From an uncultured bacterium (GTDB lineage Bacteria > Patescibacteriota > Minisyncoccia > Phycocordibacterales > GWA1-40-21): a DNA stretch of 64,000 nt. The translations under genes and the position numbers were made by a program. The notes beneath the pieces are model-generated. The model searched no databases, was not told where the DNA came from, and saw only the letters and a list, made by a program, of their open reading frames with translations. This document shows positions 7,127-16,416 of this stretch, piece after piece. Within the stretch, counting starts at the first letter, position 1. Each line of letters starts with the position of its first letter. The stretch spans positions 6,732 to 70,731 of the forward strand of contig CAIJUJ010000021.1 in the NCBI GenBank assembly GCA_903823865.1, written 5' to 3'.

Positions 7127-9802
7127 TTAAACACTTTCAACTAATTGTCTTTCCAATATCATCCCCTTTCTCCCTTTCTTAACACTGAAAGACATCTCAT
7201 CATTTTTTATATCAACTATTACTGTTCCGCCTTTTAATATTCCTTCTGAAATAATAAGAGATGCGATGTGATTCAAAATTTTGTCCTGAATCAATCTTTT
7301 AAGTGGTCGTGCACCATATTGAGGATTGTATCCTTTTTCAGAAAGATATTCTAAAGCTTTGTCTGAAATTTGCATGACAATTTCTTTGGTTTGCAATCTT
7401 TCTTTGACTAAATTTATTTGTATATCAACAATTTTTTTAATAGCTTCTTTTGACAAAATATCAAAAATAATTACATCATCAAGACGGTTCATAAACTCTG
7501 GTCTGAAAAAATCTTTCAAGCTAGCAAGTATTTTTTCTTTGACTAAATTGTATTCATTTTTCTTTTCATCTTTTGCCGTAAAACCAATTTGCTCCATTTT
7601 ATCTATAAATTGAGCCCCAATATTTGATGTCATAATAATCAAAGTGTTTTTGAAATTGACCACTCTGCCTTTTGAATCAGTAAGTCTTCCATTATCAAGA
7701 ACCTGAAGTAATAAATTAAATACTTCTGGATGTGCTTTTTCTATTTCATCAAATAAAATAACTGAATATGGTCTGTGGCGAACAGTTTCTGTAAGTGCTC
7801 CACCTTCTTCATAGCCAACATATCCTGGAGGTGAACCAATAAGTTTTGAAGTAGAATGTTTTTCCATAAACTCTGACATATCTACTCTTATCAAAGCTCT
7901 TTCATCATCAAACATAAATTCTGCTAGTGCTTTTGTGAGTTCGGTCTTTCCTACTCCAGTTGGACCCAAGAAAATAAATGAACCGATCGGTCTGTTTGGG
8001 TCGGCAATTCCAGCACGAGATCTTTTTATCGTGTCAGCAATTTTTCTAACCGCTTCATTCTGACCAACAATTCTTTTTTCAAGCTCTTGTTCCATTCTAA
8101 CAAGCTTATGTGCTTCGCTTTCAAGCATTCGAGAAACTGGGACGCCTGTCCATTTTGAAACCACTGAGGCGACATCCTCTTCTGTAATTTCTTCTTTCAA
8201 AACTCTTCTTGAAGTTTGGAGTTTTTTCAATTTTTTAAGTTTTACATCCAATTCTTTTTCTGCTTCAGGGATTTTTCCATATCTAATCTCGGCAGCTTTT
8301 GAAAGATCTGCTTTTATTTCTGCATTTTCCGCTTCAATTCTCAAAACTTCTAATTGTTTTTTGAGAGATTTAATGCCACTCAAAATTTCTTTTTCAGTTG
8401 TCCATCTGAGCTCAAGATCAGAAGTTTTTTCTTTCAAATCAGCAATTTCTTTTTCAATTATCGCAACTCTTTTTTTAGTTTCTTTCTTTTTTTCTCCTTC
8501 AACTTCTTTTTTGAGTGCTTCTTTTTCAATTTCAAGTCGCATAACTTTTCTTCTTGTCTCTTCAAGAATAGGCGGCATATTTTCCAAAGATATTTTTAAC
8601 ATTGATGAGGCTTCATCAATGAGGTCCACTGCCTTGTCTGGCAAAAATCTATCGGTAATATATCTTGAACTTAAATTCACGGCAGACAAAATTGCATCAT
8701 CAGTAATTCTGACTCCGTGATAAAGTTCGTATTTTTCTTTGAGACCCCGAAGTATTGCAACAGCATCTTCTACTGATGGTTCGGCAATCATCACAGACTG
8801 AAAACGCCTTGTTAATGCGGGGTCTTTTTCGATTTTTTGATATTCCTTTATTGTTGTCGCACCAATGGTTCTAAGTTCGCCTCGCGATAATGCTGGCTTT
8901 AACATGTTTGAAGCGTCCATTGAACCCTCAGCAGAACCAGCACCAACAATAGTGTGTATTTCATCAATAAACAAAATTATTTTCCCTTCTGATTTTTCAA
9001 TTTCTTTTATTATTCCTTTTAATCTTTCTTCAAACTCTCCCCTGTATTTTGTTCCGGCAATAAGAAGTCCAAGATCAAGAGATACAAGCTCTTTGTCTTT
9101 CAAAGATTCTGGAACATCGTTTGTTGCAATTCTAATTGCGAGACCCTCAACGATTGCTGTTTTTCCTACACCAGCTTCACCAATAAGTATCGGATTATTT
9201 TTTGTTCTTCTAGAAAGTATTTGAATTATTCTTGAAATTTCATTGTCTCGCCCAATAACTGGGTCAAGTTTATTATCTTTTGCGAGCTTGGTAAGATTTC
9301 TAGTGTATTTTAAAATTGCTCGGTATTTTTTGGGCTGATCTATATCACTCCCCTTCAAAGTTTTTAATTCTGAAAGAATTTTTAATATGGTTGTTTTATC
9401 AATTTTAAATCTCATCAAAATATCTCGGGCAGAAGTTGGTGTATCAAGTAATGCCAAAAAAAGATGTTCAGTTGAAATAAATTCGTCTTTCAAATCTTGT
9501 GCTTCTTTTCCAGACAAATCCAAAACTTTTGCTAGATCCGGAGTTAAATAAATTTGATTTGCTGGAGAAAGGGTTGTTGAGCCAGTACTCGATTCGATTG
9601 CTTCAAGAATTGAATCAGTAAATAAAATTAAATCAATTTCTAATCTGTCCAAAATTGAAGAGACAACGCTTTCCTCTTGAAGTACAAGTGCTGCCAAAAG
9701 ATGTAAAGGATTTACATGATTTTGCCCACGTTCAATAGCAAGCTCATGAGCTCTTCTGATTACTTCTTTCGCTTTAGTTGTGAAGTTGTTAAATGGTGGC
9801 AT
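7127..9802 (-). CDS. clpB: ATP-dependent chaperone ClpB (two AAA+ modules, coiled-coil M-domain)
   Basis: 891 aa; N-terminal Clp-N repeats; two Walker A sites 'GEAGVGKT' and 'GPTGVGKT'; long coiled-coil between the AAA domains. Confidence 0.95.
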   Translation of the reverse strand: MPPFNNFTTKAKEVIRRAHELAIERGQNHVNPLHLLAALVLQEESVVSSILDRLEIDLILFTDSILEAIESSTGSTTLSPANQIYLTPDLAKVLDLSGKEAQDLKDEFISTEHLFLALLDTPTSARDILMRFKIDKTTILKILSELKTLKGSDIDQPKKYRAILKYTRNLTKLAKDNKLDPVIGRDNEISRIIQILSRRTKNNPILIGEAGVGKTAIVEGLAIRIATNDVPESLKDKELVSLDLGLLIAGTKYRGEFEERLKGIIKEIEKSEGKIILFIDEIHTIVGAGSAEGSMDASNMLKPALSRGELRTIGATTIKEYQKIEKDPALTRRFQSVMIAEPSVEDAVAILRGLKEKYELYHGVRITDDAILSAVNLSSRYITDRFLPDKAVDLIDEASSMLKISLENMPPILEETRRKVMRLEIEKEALKKEVEGEKKKETKKRVAIIEKEIADLKEKTSDLELRWTTEKEILSGIKSLKKQLEVLRIEAENAEIKADLSKAAEIRYGKIPEAEKELDVKLKKLKKLQTSRRVLKEEITEEDVASVVSKWTGVPVSRMLESEAHKLVRMEQELEKRIVGQNEAVRKIADTIKRSRAGIADPNRPIGSFIFLGPTGVGKTELTKALAEFMFDDERALIRVDMSEFMEKHSTSKLIGSPPGYVGYEEGGALTETVRHRPYSVILFDEIEKAHPEVFNLLLQVLDNGRLTDSKGRVVNFKNTLIIMTSNIGAQFIDKMEQIGFTAKDEKKNEYNLVKEKILASLKDFFRPEFMNRLDDVIIFDILSKEAIKKIVDIQINLVKERLQTKEIVMQISDKALEYLSEKGYNPQYGARPLKRLIQDKILNHIASLIISEGILKGGTVIVDIKNDEMSFSVKKGRKGMILERQLVESV

Positions 9803-10027
9803 TTACCCGAAAAAATTTTTACTGATAAAAGTTGTTTTGACCTTTATTACTAATTTAATATACTCTTTCTAAAAAATAAGTGCAAATATTCATATTTTGA
9901 GCAAAATAAACAACTTTTTTGCATTATGTGCTTTTTAAAAAGAAGTAATTTTTATATACTTATAGCTAATTATAAATATTTTTTGACTCCAAACACTAGC
10001 TACGCACATAATGCGTCAGTAAAAACT
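9803..10027 (-). promoter_or_regulatory. structured 5' leader/promoter region of clpB, homologous to the RNase J leader (blocks at 10004-10027, 9911-9933, 9803-9836)
   Basis: Three conserved blocks shared with 28524-28728; block 3 ends at the ATG; blocks 1/3 and 1/2 are mutually complementary. Confidence 0.45.
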
Positions 10028-10042
10028 TTAACGGGTGAAGGT

Positions 10043-10906
10043 TTATTGAGCTTTTTTCTGTGAGTCAGCAAGCGCATTTAGTGCATTTTGGATATCTAGG
10101 CTTGGAGTAAACAAATCTGACTTTGAACTATCCATATATATAGTCTTGATTCCGACAAGTTCTCCAGAAAGATTTAATAACAAACCACCAGAAATAAAAT
10201 TGGCAGGAACTGATGTTTCTATTGAGGATATTTTAGTAGTAACTGGTGTAGATGTAGAATTATCAGTCGGCTGGATTTGTTTAACAGATAATGTTGAGAC
10301 AATTCCTGTTGAAACTGAATCTTTTGATTCTCCTCCAATATAAATTACTGATTGTCCTAGTTTCAAATCATTTTTTGAAATAGAAACTGTATTATATTTT
10401 ACAGGATTTTTTTCGTCATTTTTAATTTTTAATAATGCTACTTGTTCTCCTGATACAGATCTTAAAACAGAAAGATCTATTAATTTATTATCTGAATTGG
10501 TAATAAAATATTTTCCACCATCTGAAATAAGATTATTATCTGTAGCAATCATGCCGTCTGTACTTATAATAACCCCTAATCCAACAAATACCATAGAATT
10601 TGATCCAGATGATGGATCTGTATTTGTTCTATAAATTCTTATCAAACTATTTTTATTTTTTTCTACAGCTCCAACTATTTGATCGTCTGTGCTTACTACT
10701 ACGGTTTCTTTAACAACTGTTTGGGTTTCTTTTGTTGGACCTGTGACTGTTTCAATTGTTCTTTCTACAACTTTATTTATTGTTTGAACCACTCCAACTG
10801 GAGCTTGGTTCATAAGTGCAACAGTAACAATACCCGTCGCAATAGACGTAACAAAACTTACCAAAAGCGCAAGTAAAATTAATTGTTGTTTGGTTAAATT
10901 CTCCAT
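10043..10906 (-). CDS. membrane-anchored trypsin-like (DegP/HtrA S1C-like) protease-domain protein, possibly degenerate
   Basis: N-terminal TM helix; 'ISGGLLLNLSGELVGI' resembles the HtrA GNSGGPL Ser region; no clear catalytic His; no PDZ domain. Confidence 0.5.
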   Translation of the reverse strand: MENLTKQQLILLALLVSFVTSIATGIVTVALMNQAPVGVVQTINKVVERTIETVTGPTKETQTVVKETVVVSTDDQIVGAVEKNKNSLIRIYRTNTDPSSGSNSMVFVGLGVIISTDGMIATDNNLISDGGKYFITNSDNKLIDLSVLRSVSGEQVALLKIKNDEKNPVKYNTVSISKNDLKLGQSVIYIGGESKDSVSTGIVSTLSVKQIQPTDNSTSTPVTTKISSIETSVPANFISGGLLLNLSGELVGIKTIYMDSSKSDLFTPSLDIQNALNALADSQKKAQ

Positions 10907-10954
10907 ACACTAATATTATATATTATTTAAAACAAAATAGAAACTTAAAAAAAA

Positions 10955-11287
10955 TTAAGAGAATCTATATAAAATACTCAAAGAAATTATGCCAAGTAAA
11001 ATACCAATAATTTCTATGGCTGATAGCTTCTCGTGAAAAATAAAAACGCTAATACCAGTGACCATAATAATACAACTTAGACCAAAAATGACTCCAAGGG
11101 TAGAAAGCTTCATACTTTTCATAACCAATACCCATCCGATTGCACTTATTCCATATATTACAGCACCAATTAACAAAGACTTATTCCAAATATTTGGAAG
11201 CTGAGATGCTTTTTTAATAAAATAATCTGCAAGCACTGCAATCGCCGATAATATTATTGCTGTAATAAATGCTAAGAATTTTGACAT
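10955..11287 (-). CDS. small 4-TM transporter (SMR/EamA-like, DMT superfamily)
   Basis: 110 aa with four hydrophobic helices; overlaps the next gene by 16 nt. Confidence 0.5.
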   Translation of the reverse strand: MSKFLAFITAIILSAIAVLADYFIKKASQLPNIWNKSLLIGAVIYGISAIGWVLVMKSMKLSTLGVIFGLSCIIMVTGISVFIFHEKLSAIEIIGILLGIISLSILYRFS

Positions 11288-12444
11288 AATTTTTTCAATG
11301 TATTTAGTAACTTTATTATATCACTTTTTTTTGTTTCCTTACCCATTGAAAATCGTAGGGTTGATTTTGCTCTTTCACTTGAACTAATTTTTTTTACAAC
11401 TTCAGATTCCCCACTGCCAGAAGCACATGCACTTGATGAAGAGCAAATTATTCCCGCTTCGTCGAGTCTAAATACCATCATTTCTCCATCAAATCCTGGA
11501 ATTGAAATATTTATATTATTTGGAAGACGCTCTTCCAAGTGGCCGTTAATAATTGCGTTCGGGACGAATTTTTTGACAGAGTCAAAAAATTCATCTCTCA
11601 TCTTTATCAATCTTTTACTTTCCTTCTGTTTATTTTTTTGCGCTAATTCAAAAGCATAAGCCATACCAACTATAAGTGGAATATTTTCTGTTCCACTTCT
11701 TCTATTATTTTCCTGACCACCACCAAATAATATTGGTTCAATTTTAATTCCATCACGAACAAATAAAGCACCGACTCCTTTTGGTCCATACATTTTTTGT
11801 GCATCTAAAGTCATAAGATCGACGCCTAGCTCTTCAACATTTACATTCAAATAAAGCCCAGCCTGTGAAGCATCTAGGTGCAAATATGGAAAATTAATTC
11901 CAGCTCTTTCAAATTCTTTTCTTTTGTGGCGAATTTCTTTTATTATTTCTTTGATTGGTTGTACCACGCCAATTTCGCTATTTGCATATCCAATTGAAAC
12001 GAACGCAGTTTCGGGTTTTATTAATTTTCTCAAATCTTTTGAATTTACAATTCCAAATTCATCAACTTTTAAATAATCTACTTTACATCCACCTGATTCA
12101 AGCTTTTTAAAACATCCAAGAATTGAGCTGTGCTCGATTTCTGTAGTAATCAAATGAATATCAGAATATTTTTTACCATTTTTAATTAAATTATTTACAA
12201 CTCCAAAAATAGCTAGATTATTTGCTTCTGTTCCGCCCGATGTAAAAACTATTTCCCTATCATGACCAACAATAATATCAGCAATAGTTTTTCTAGCTTT
12301 TTGTAAAGCCACTTTAGCTTTAACACCCATTGAATGAATAGAGCTTGGATTGGCAAAATCGATTGACCAATATTTGGCCATTTCGAATAAAACCTTTTTG
12401 TCTAAAGGTGTGGAAGCTGAATTATCTAAATAAATCTTTTTCAT
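11272..12444 (-). CDS. cysteine desulfurase (class V aminotransferase, IscS/NifS-like)
   Basis: 'FTSGGTEANN', PLP-Lys region 'DAQKMYGPKG', active-site Cys loop 'SSSSACASG'. Confidence 0.85.
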   Translation of the reverse strand: MKKIYLDNSASTPLDKKVLFEMAKYWSIDFANPSSIHSMGVKAKVALQKARKTIADIIVGHDREIVFTSGGTEANNLAIFGVVNNLIKNGKKYSDIHLITTEIEHSSILGCFKKLESGGCKVDYLKVDEFGIVNSKDLRKLIKPETAFVSIGYANSEIGVVQPIKEIIKEIRHKRKEFERAGINFPYLHLDASQAGLYLNVNVEELGVDLMTLDAQKMYGPKGVGALFVRDGIKIEPILFGGGQENNRRSGTENIPLIVGMAYAFELAQKNKQKESKRLIKMRDEFFDSVKKFVPNAIINGHLEERLPNNINISIPGFDGEMMVFRLDEAGIICSSSSACASGSGESEVVKKISSSERAKSTLRFSMGKETKKSDIIKLLNTLKKLCQNS

Positions 12445-12462
12445 CTTAAAAACTATAACAAT

Positions 12463-12987
12463 TTGAGCACCTTTTTACAACAATTAATAATTGCAAAAAA
12501 AACAAAAAAATATATAATTAATCTCATGAATTTTGAAATATACACAATTGTTGGAGTTGCTTTAATTATTTTATTACTATTAGTTTGGATTATTCGACTT
12601 GAAATTAAGCTGAAAAAACTTCTTGGAAGTAAAAATGGTTCAATGGATGATGTTATAAGTACTTTAAGAAAAGATACAGATATTTTAAAAAAATATGCGC
12701 AGAAAACAGTTGAAGAATTAGATATAGTAGATAAAAAGCTTAAAAAGACCGTGTCTGGAAATCAAACTGTAAGATTCAATCCATTCAAAGGTGACGGCTC
12801 TGGAAGTAACCAAAGTTTTGCTACAGCCCTTGTAAACAAAGAAGGTGATGGTGTTATCATATCTAGTATATATTCTCGAGATCATTTGAGCGTTTTTTCG
12901 AAGCCTGTAAAAAATATGTCTTCCGAATATGAACTTACTCCAGAAGAAAAAACCGCCTTGCAAAAAGCCAAAGAAAGCATTGTCTAG
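12463..12987 (+). CDS. membrane-anchored protein, DUF4446-like (start probably the Met at ~12523)
   Basis: TM helix then 'VRFNPFKGDGSGSNQSFATALVN...YSRD' resembling DUF4446. Confidence 0.4.
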   Translation: MSTFLQQLIIAKKTKKYIINLMNFEIYTIVGVALIILLLLVWIIRLEIKLKKLLGSKNGSMDDVISTLRKDTDILKKYAQKTVEELDIVDKKLKKTVSGNQTVRFNPFKGDGSGSNQSFATALVNKEGDGVIISSIYSRDHLSVFSKPVKNMSSEYELTPEEKTALQKAKESIV

Positions 12988-13025
12988 TTATAAGCTATCA
13001 GCTTTTAGCTGTTAGTAAAAACAAA

Positions 13026-13064
13026 TACAAAGACCGAGTTTCGCTCCGCGAAACTCGGTCTTTG
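13026..13064 (+). terminator. terminator hairpin
   Basis: acaaagaccgagtttcgc-tccg-cgaaactcggtctttgt. Confidence 0.5.
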
Positions 13065-13116
13065 TATTCCTAGAAGCTAACAGCTTGGCAAAATAACTGG
13101 TAAAAAGACCATTAAA

Positions 13117-14664
13117 ATGCTAAACTGGCAACCTATGCACAAAAAACTCTCTGAAAACTCAATAATCAAGCGCTCTCCTATTGTTTGTGTAATGGGTCAT
13201 ATTGACCATGGAAAATCAGCCCTCTTAGATTATATAAGAAAAACTAATATCGTAGATACCGAAGCAGGTGGAATCACCCAGAGAATTTCTGCTTATGAAG
13301 TTATTCATAAAATACCAGACACAAATAAAGATGAGAAAATTACTTTCTTAGATACTCCTGGACACGAGGCTTTTGGTGCAATGAGAACCTGTGGTACAAC
13401 CATTGCCGATATTGCAATTCTTGTTGTCTCTGCAGAAGAAGGTGTAAAAAAACAAACACTTGAAGCTTTAAAATGTATTACAGAAAGCAAGATACCTTTT
13501 ATTGTTGCTATCAGTAAAATTGATAAGCCGTCTGCAAATGTTGAAAAAGTAAAAAATAATTTGGTTGAAAATGGAATTTATATTGAAGGATATGGTGGTT
13601 CAATTCCGTTTGTTCCAATTTCTTCAAAATCTGGGGCAGGAATTCCAGAGCTTTTAGACATGATTCTTCTTGTCGCTGAAATGGAAGAACTAAAGGGTGA
13701 TAGTAAAAAACTTGCCGAAGGTTTAGTTATAGAAGCCAATCTTGATAAACAGAAAGGTATTACAGCAGTTCTTGTCATTAAAAATGGCCATATAGAAAAT
13801 GGAATGTATGTTGTTGCCGGAGATAGAATTGCTTCAACAAGAATGATGGAAAGTTTTTTGGGCAAAAAAATAGATGAAGCAATATTCTCATCCCCCATCA
13901 GGATTATTGGTTTTGATAAACTTCCAAAGGTTGGTGGTCCCTTTATGACCTTCAAAACAAAGAAAGAAGCTGAACAATATATTTCAGATGAAAAAGAAAA
14001 GGAGAAAAAAATTCCAATTAAAAATTATAATAATGATGCCTCTGCAGATGATGCGGATCTAAGCTACATAAGAATAATGATAAAGACTGAGGCGGCAGGC
14101 TCGATCAATGCAGTTGAGCATGAGATAAACAAAATAGTCAGCGATAAAGTAAAAATAAAAATTATTGGTGCAGGAATCGGAAATATTTCAGAAAATGACG
14201 TCAAACTTGCTTCCGGAAGAAATCCAGCAATCATACTTGGTTTTGATGTTGGAATGGATGGTTCTGCTAAAGAATTAGCCGAAAGATATAAAGTTGAAAT
14301 AAAAACTTTTGATATAATTTACAAAATTGCTGAATGGTTAAATGAAGAAGTCACAAAAAGGACGCCAAAAGTAATGGTTGAAGAAGTTACAGCTGAAGCA
14401 AAAGTTTTAAAAGTATTCAGTTCTATGAAAGACAAGCACATTATTGGCGGTCGTGTCGAGAAAGGAACTGTTTTTGTTGGTGAAGAGGTTAAGATAATGC
14501 GAAAAGATACAGAAATCGGGAGAGGAAAAATCCGCGAATTACAACAGCAAAAACAAAAAACTGGTGAAGTCCGTGAAGGTGTTGAATTCGGCTGTCAATT
14601 TCAATCTGAAATCACTCCAGCACCTGGAGATAAATTACAAATATTTAAGTTGATAGAAAAATAA
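13117..14664 (+). CDS. infB: translation initiation factor IF-2 (short form, G2-C2 domains)
   Basis: 'VMGHIDHGKSALLDYIR', 'DTPGHEAF', 'ISKIDK'; followed by rbfA. Confidence 0.9.
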   Translation: MLNWQPMHKKLSENSIIKRSPIVCVMGHIDHGKSALLDYIRKTNIVDTEAGGITQRISAYEVIHKIPDTNKDEKITFLDTPGHEAFGAMRTCGTTIADIAILVVSAEEGVKKQTLEALKCITESKIPFIVAISKIDKPSANVEKVKNNLVENGIYIEGYGGSIPFVPISSKSGAGIPELLDMILLVAEMEELKGDSKKLAEGLVIEANLDKQKGITAVLVIKNGHIENGMYVVAGDRIASTRMMESFLGKKIDEAIFSSPIRIIGFDKLPKVGGPFMTFKTKKEAEQYISDEKEKEKKIPIKNYNNDASADDADLSYIRIMIKTEAAGSINAVEHEINKIVSDKVKIKIIGAGIGNISENDVKLASGRNPAIILGFDVGMDGSAKELAERYKVEIKTFDIIYKIAEWLNEEVTKRTPKVMVEEVTAEAKVLKVFSSMKDKHIIGGRVEKGTVFVGEEVKIMRKDTEIGRGKIRELQQQKQKTGEVREGVEFGCQFQSEITPAPGDKLQIFKLIEK

Positions 14665-14665
14665 A

Positions 14666-14989
14666 ATGTCTGATAATAGATCTGATAAAATTATTAAAAT
14701 AATTAAAAAAGCCGCTGCTGAATTTATGCAGAAAGAATCAAATGGTGCATCACTCGTTACAATTACTGATGTGAAGCTTTCAAATGATGAAAAATATGCT
14801 AATATTCTTTTTACAGTTCTTCCAGAAGATAAAGAGGATGCAGTCTTGGAGTTTACCAAAAGAATAAGGTCTGAATTTCGACAATATATCAAAATCAATA
14901 CAAAACTTGGTAGAATTCCGTCATTTGATTTTCAAGTCGATTTGGGTGAAAAACATAGACAAAAAATAGACACTATTCCTCTTAAATAA
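14666..14989 (+). CDS. rbfA: ribosome-binding factor A
   Basis: Classic position after infB; 'LVTITDVKLSNDEKYANILFTV' KH-like core. Confidence 0.75.
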   Translation: MSDNRSDKIIKIIKKAAAEFMQKESNGASLVTITDVKLSNDEKYANILFTVLPEDKEDAVLEFTKRIRSEFRQYIKINTKLGRIPSFDFQVDLGEKHRQKIDTIPLK

Positions 14990-14993
14990 TATA

Positions 14994-15065
14994 GGCCTGG
15001 TTGCTAAGTGGTAAAGCATTCCTCTGCAAAAGGAATACGCGGGAGTTCGATTCTCCCCCAGGCCT
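14994..15065 (+). tRNA. tRNA-Cys (GCA)
   Basis: Acceptor GGCCTGG/CCAGGCC, anticodon loop CUGCAAA, U73. Confidence 0.9.
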
Positions 15066-15312
15066 CAAGAAATATCATGAAATGATATTTCGGGGAGAAT
15101 CGAAAGACGGAGTGAGCTTGGGTTGGGACCCAAGCGCAAGACCTGTGATAGTTTTATATGAGTGAAAGCGAAATATAAAACAGAACAGGTATACAGATTC
15201 TGTAAGAATCACGAAGTCCGTTTTCAGCAGAAAACGGGTGCGAGTCGGGGTCGAGAAAATTTGTGAGCGACGGCGAACAAATTATTCGTGACCGATTCAC
15301 AGTATTATTAAT
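15066..15312 (+). repeat. tRNA-3'-linked element, family II (Cys copy)
   Basis: Terminator 15069-15091; 'ggggagaatcgaa' is an inverted copy of the tRNA-Cys T-arm; conserved 'gaaagacggag..gagc', hairpin cgtttt-CAGCAG-aaaacg (15219-15236), 'tcgtgaccgattc'. Confidence 0.5.
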
Positions 15313-15396
15313 GCCTGGGTGGCGAAATTGGTAGACGCTAGAGACTTAAAATCTCTCGGTGGCAACATCATGTGGGTTCGATTCCCACCCCAGGCA
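15313..15396 (+). tRNA. tRNA-Leu (TAA)
   Basis: Acceptor GCCTGGG/CCCAGGC, anticodon loop CUUAAAA, long variable arm, A73. Confidence 0.9.
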
Positions 15397-15758
15397 CAGA
15401 TTAAAAGTGACCCATTCCTTGGGTCACTTTTAATTTGTCAGGTGGGAATCGAAAGACGGAGCGCGACGGCGCGAGTCAGGGTCGCGAGATTTTTCAGCAG
15501 AAAAATACTTGTGACCGATTCCCTAATCTTGCTTACGTGTGGGAATCGAAGAACCTTGAGTATATTTTTGAGCATGTACCCATGTGAAAAAATACGAAAG
15601 GTGTACCGTCCATGTAATGGAAGATAAGCGAAGCGGTCCCACCGTTTCTTTAATTTTATTCGGGGTGGGACCCAAATAAAATTTTGTCGAAAAATACTTG
15701 TGACCGATTCCCCAGTTTTAATTGATTTTCCTTCATTTTTCTGATATTTTATTGACAT
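15397..15758 (+). repeat. tRNA-3'-linked element, family II (Leu-TAA copy, two tandem units)
   Basis: Terminator 15402-15433; 'ggtgggaatcgaaagacggagcgcgac'; hairpin attttt-CAGCAG-aaaaat 15489-15506; 'gtgaccgattccc' twice; 'gaaaggtgtac', 'catgtaatgg', 'ggggtgggaccc' modules. Confidence 0.5.
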
Positions 15759-15831
15759 GCGTCCATAGCTCAGCTGGTAGAGCAAATCCCTCTTAAGGAT
15801 AAGGTCGTTGGTTCGACTCCAACTGGACGCA
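15759..15831 (+). tRNA. tRNA-Lys (CTT)
   Basis: Acceptor GCGTCCA/TGGACGC, anticodon loop CUCUUAA, T GTTGG-TTCGACT-CCAAC, A73. Confidence 0.8.
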
Positions 15832-15835
15832 CAAT

Positions 15836-15866
15836 TAAAAAACACCACTTATGTGGTATTTTTTAA
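15836..15866. terminator. bidirectional terminator
   Basis: aaaaaacaccac-ttat-gtggtattttttaa. Confidence 0.75.
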
Positions 15867-16225
15867 TCTTTAAAAGGTTTTTTAATAAAATTAGTTAAAC
15901 TATTTATTTTATCTTTCAAATCCTGTCTAAATTTTTCTTTTCTTTTTTCTTTCAAAAATTTTTCATTTAGTCTTTGAACTGCTTCTTTTGCCAATTTTGG
16001 TTTATTTTCATTAATATATTTAAATAAATCTTGCTTATCTATAAAATTATCATAGTCAATACTGTTCTTTATTTCTTCAGCAACTTCTAATTCTCTTTTG
16101 TAACTTAACAATCTTTGGTCAGGGGTCATAACCTCATCAGCAATGTTTTCTAATTCTTTTATAGAAATAGAATCATTGGAATCTTGATTTTTATTATATA
16201 AATTTGGTTGATTTTCTGAAAACAT
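15863..16225 (-). CDS. hypothetical acidic/coiled-coil protein
   Basis: 120-aa ORF with a terminator at its 3' end; no family recognised. Confidence 0.45.
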   Translation of the reverse strand: MFSENQPNLYNKNQDSNDSISIKELENIADEVMTPDQRLLSYKRELEVAEEIKNSIDYDNFIDKQDLFKYINENKPKLAKEAVQRLNEKFLKEKRKEKFRQDLKDKINSLTNFIKKPFKD

Positions 16226-16335
16226 ATGATTAATTAAATATTAAAATCCATTATATATGATAATTCTTTTTGTTTAAAAAAACAACCAAATTATTGATTT
16301 TAATGTTATTTCAGTATAGAATGCAATCCATAAAT

Positions 16336-16416
16336 GCACGGGTGGTGAAATGGCAGACACGCTAGCCTTAGGAGCTAGTGCCGTAAGGCATGGAGGTTCA
16401 AGTCCTCTCCCGTGCA
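16336..16416 (+). tRNA. tRNA-Leu (TAG)
   Basis: Acceptor GCACGGG/CCCGTGC, anticodon stem CTAGC/GCTAG with loop CUUAGGA, long variable arm, A73. Confidence 0.85.

Noticed and set aside
8354-9224. Several 80-120-aa plus-strand ORFs inside clpB
   Set aside because: Antisense to a well-supported 891-aa ClpB; the translations are Phe/Ser-rich and low-complexity.
9803-10042. CtsR box or CIRCE element upstream of clpB
   Set aside because: Only a single GGTCAAA half-site is present and there is no TTAGCACTC-N9-GAGTGCTAA. A different conserved leader shared with rnj is present instead.
15319-15848. ORFs 15319-15627 (+) and 15438-15848 (-)
   Set aside because: They overlap tRNA-Leu, tRNA-Lys and the family II repeats; spurious.
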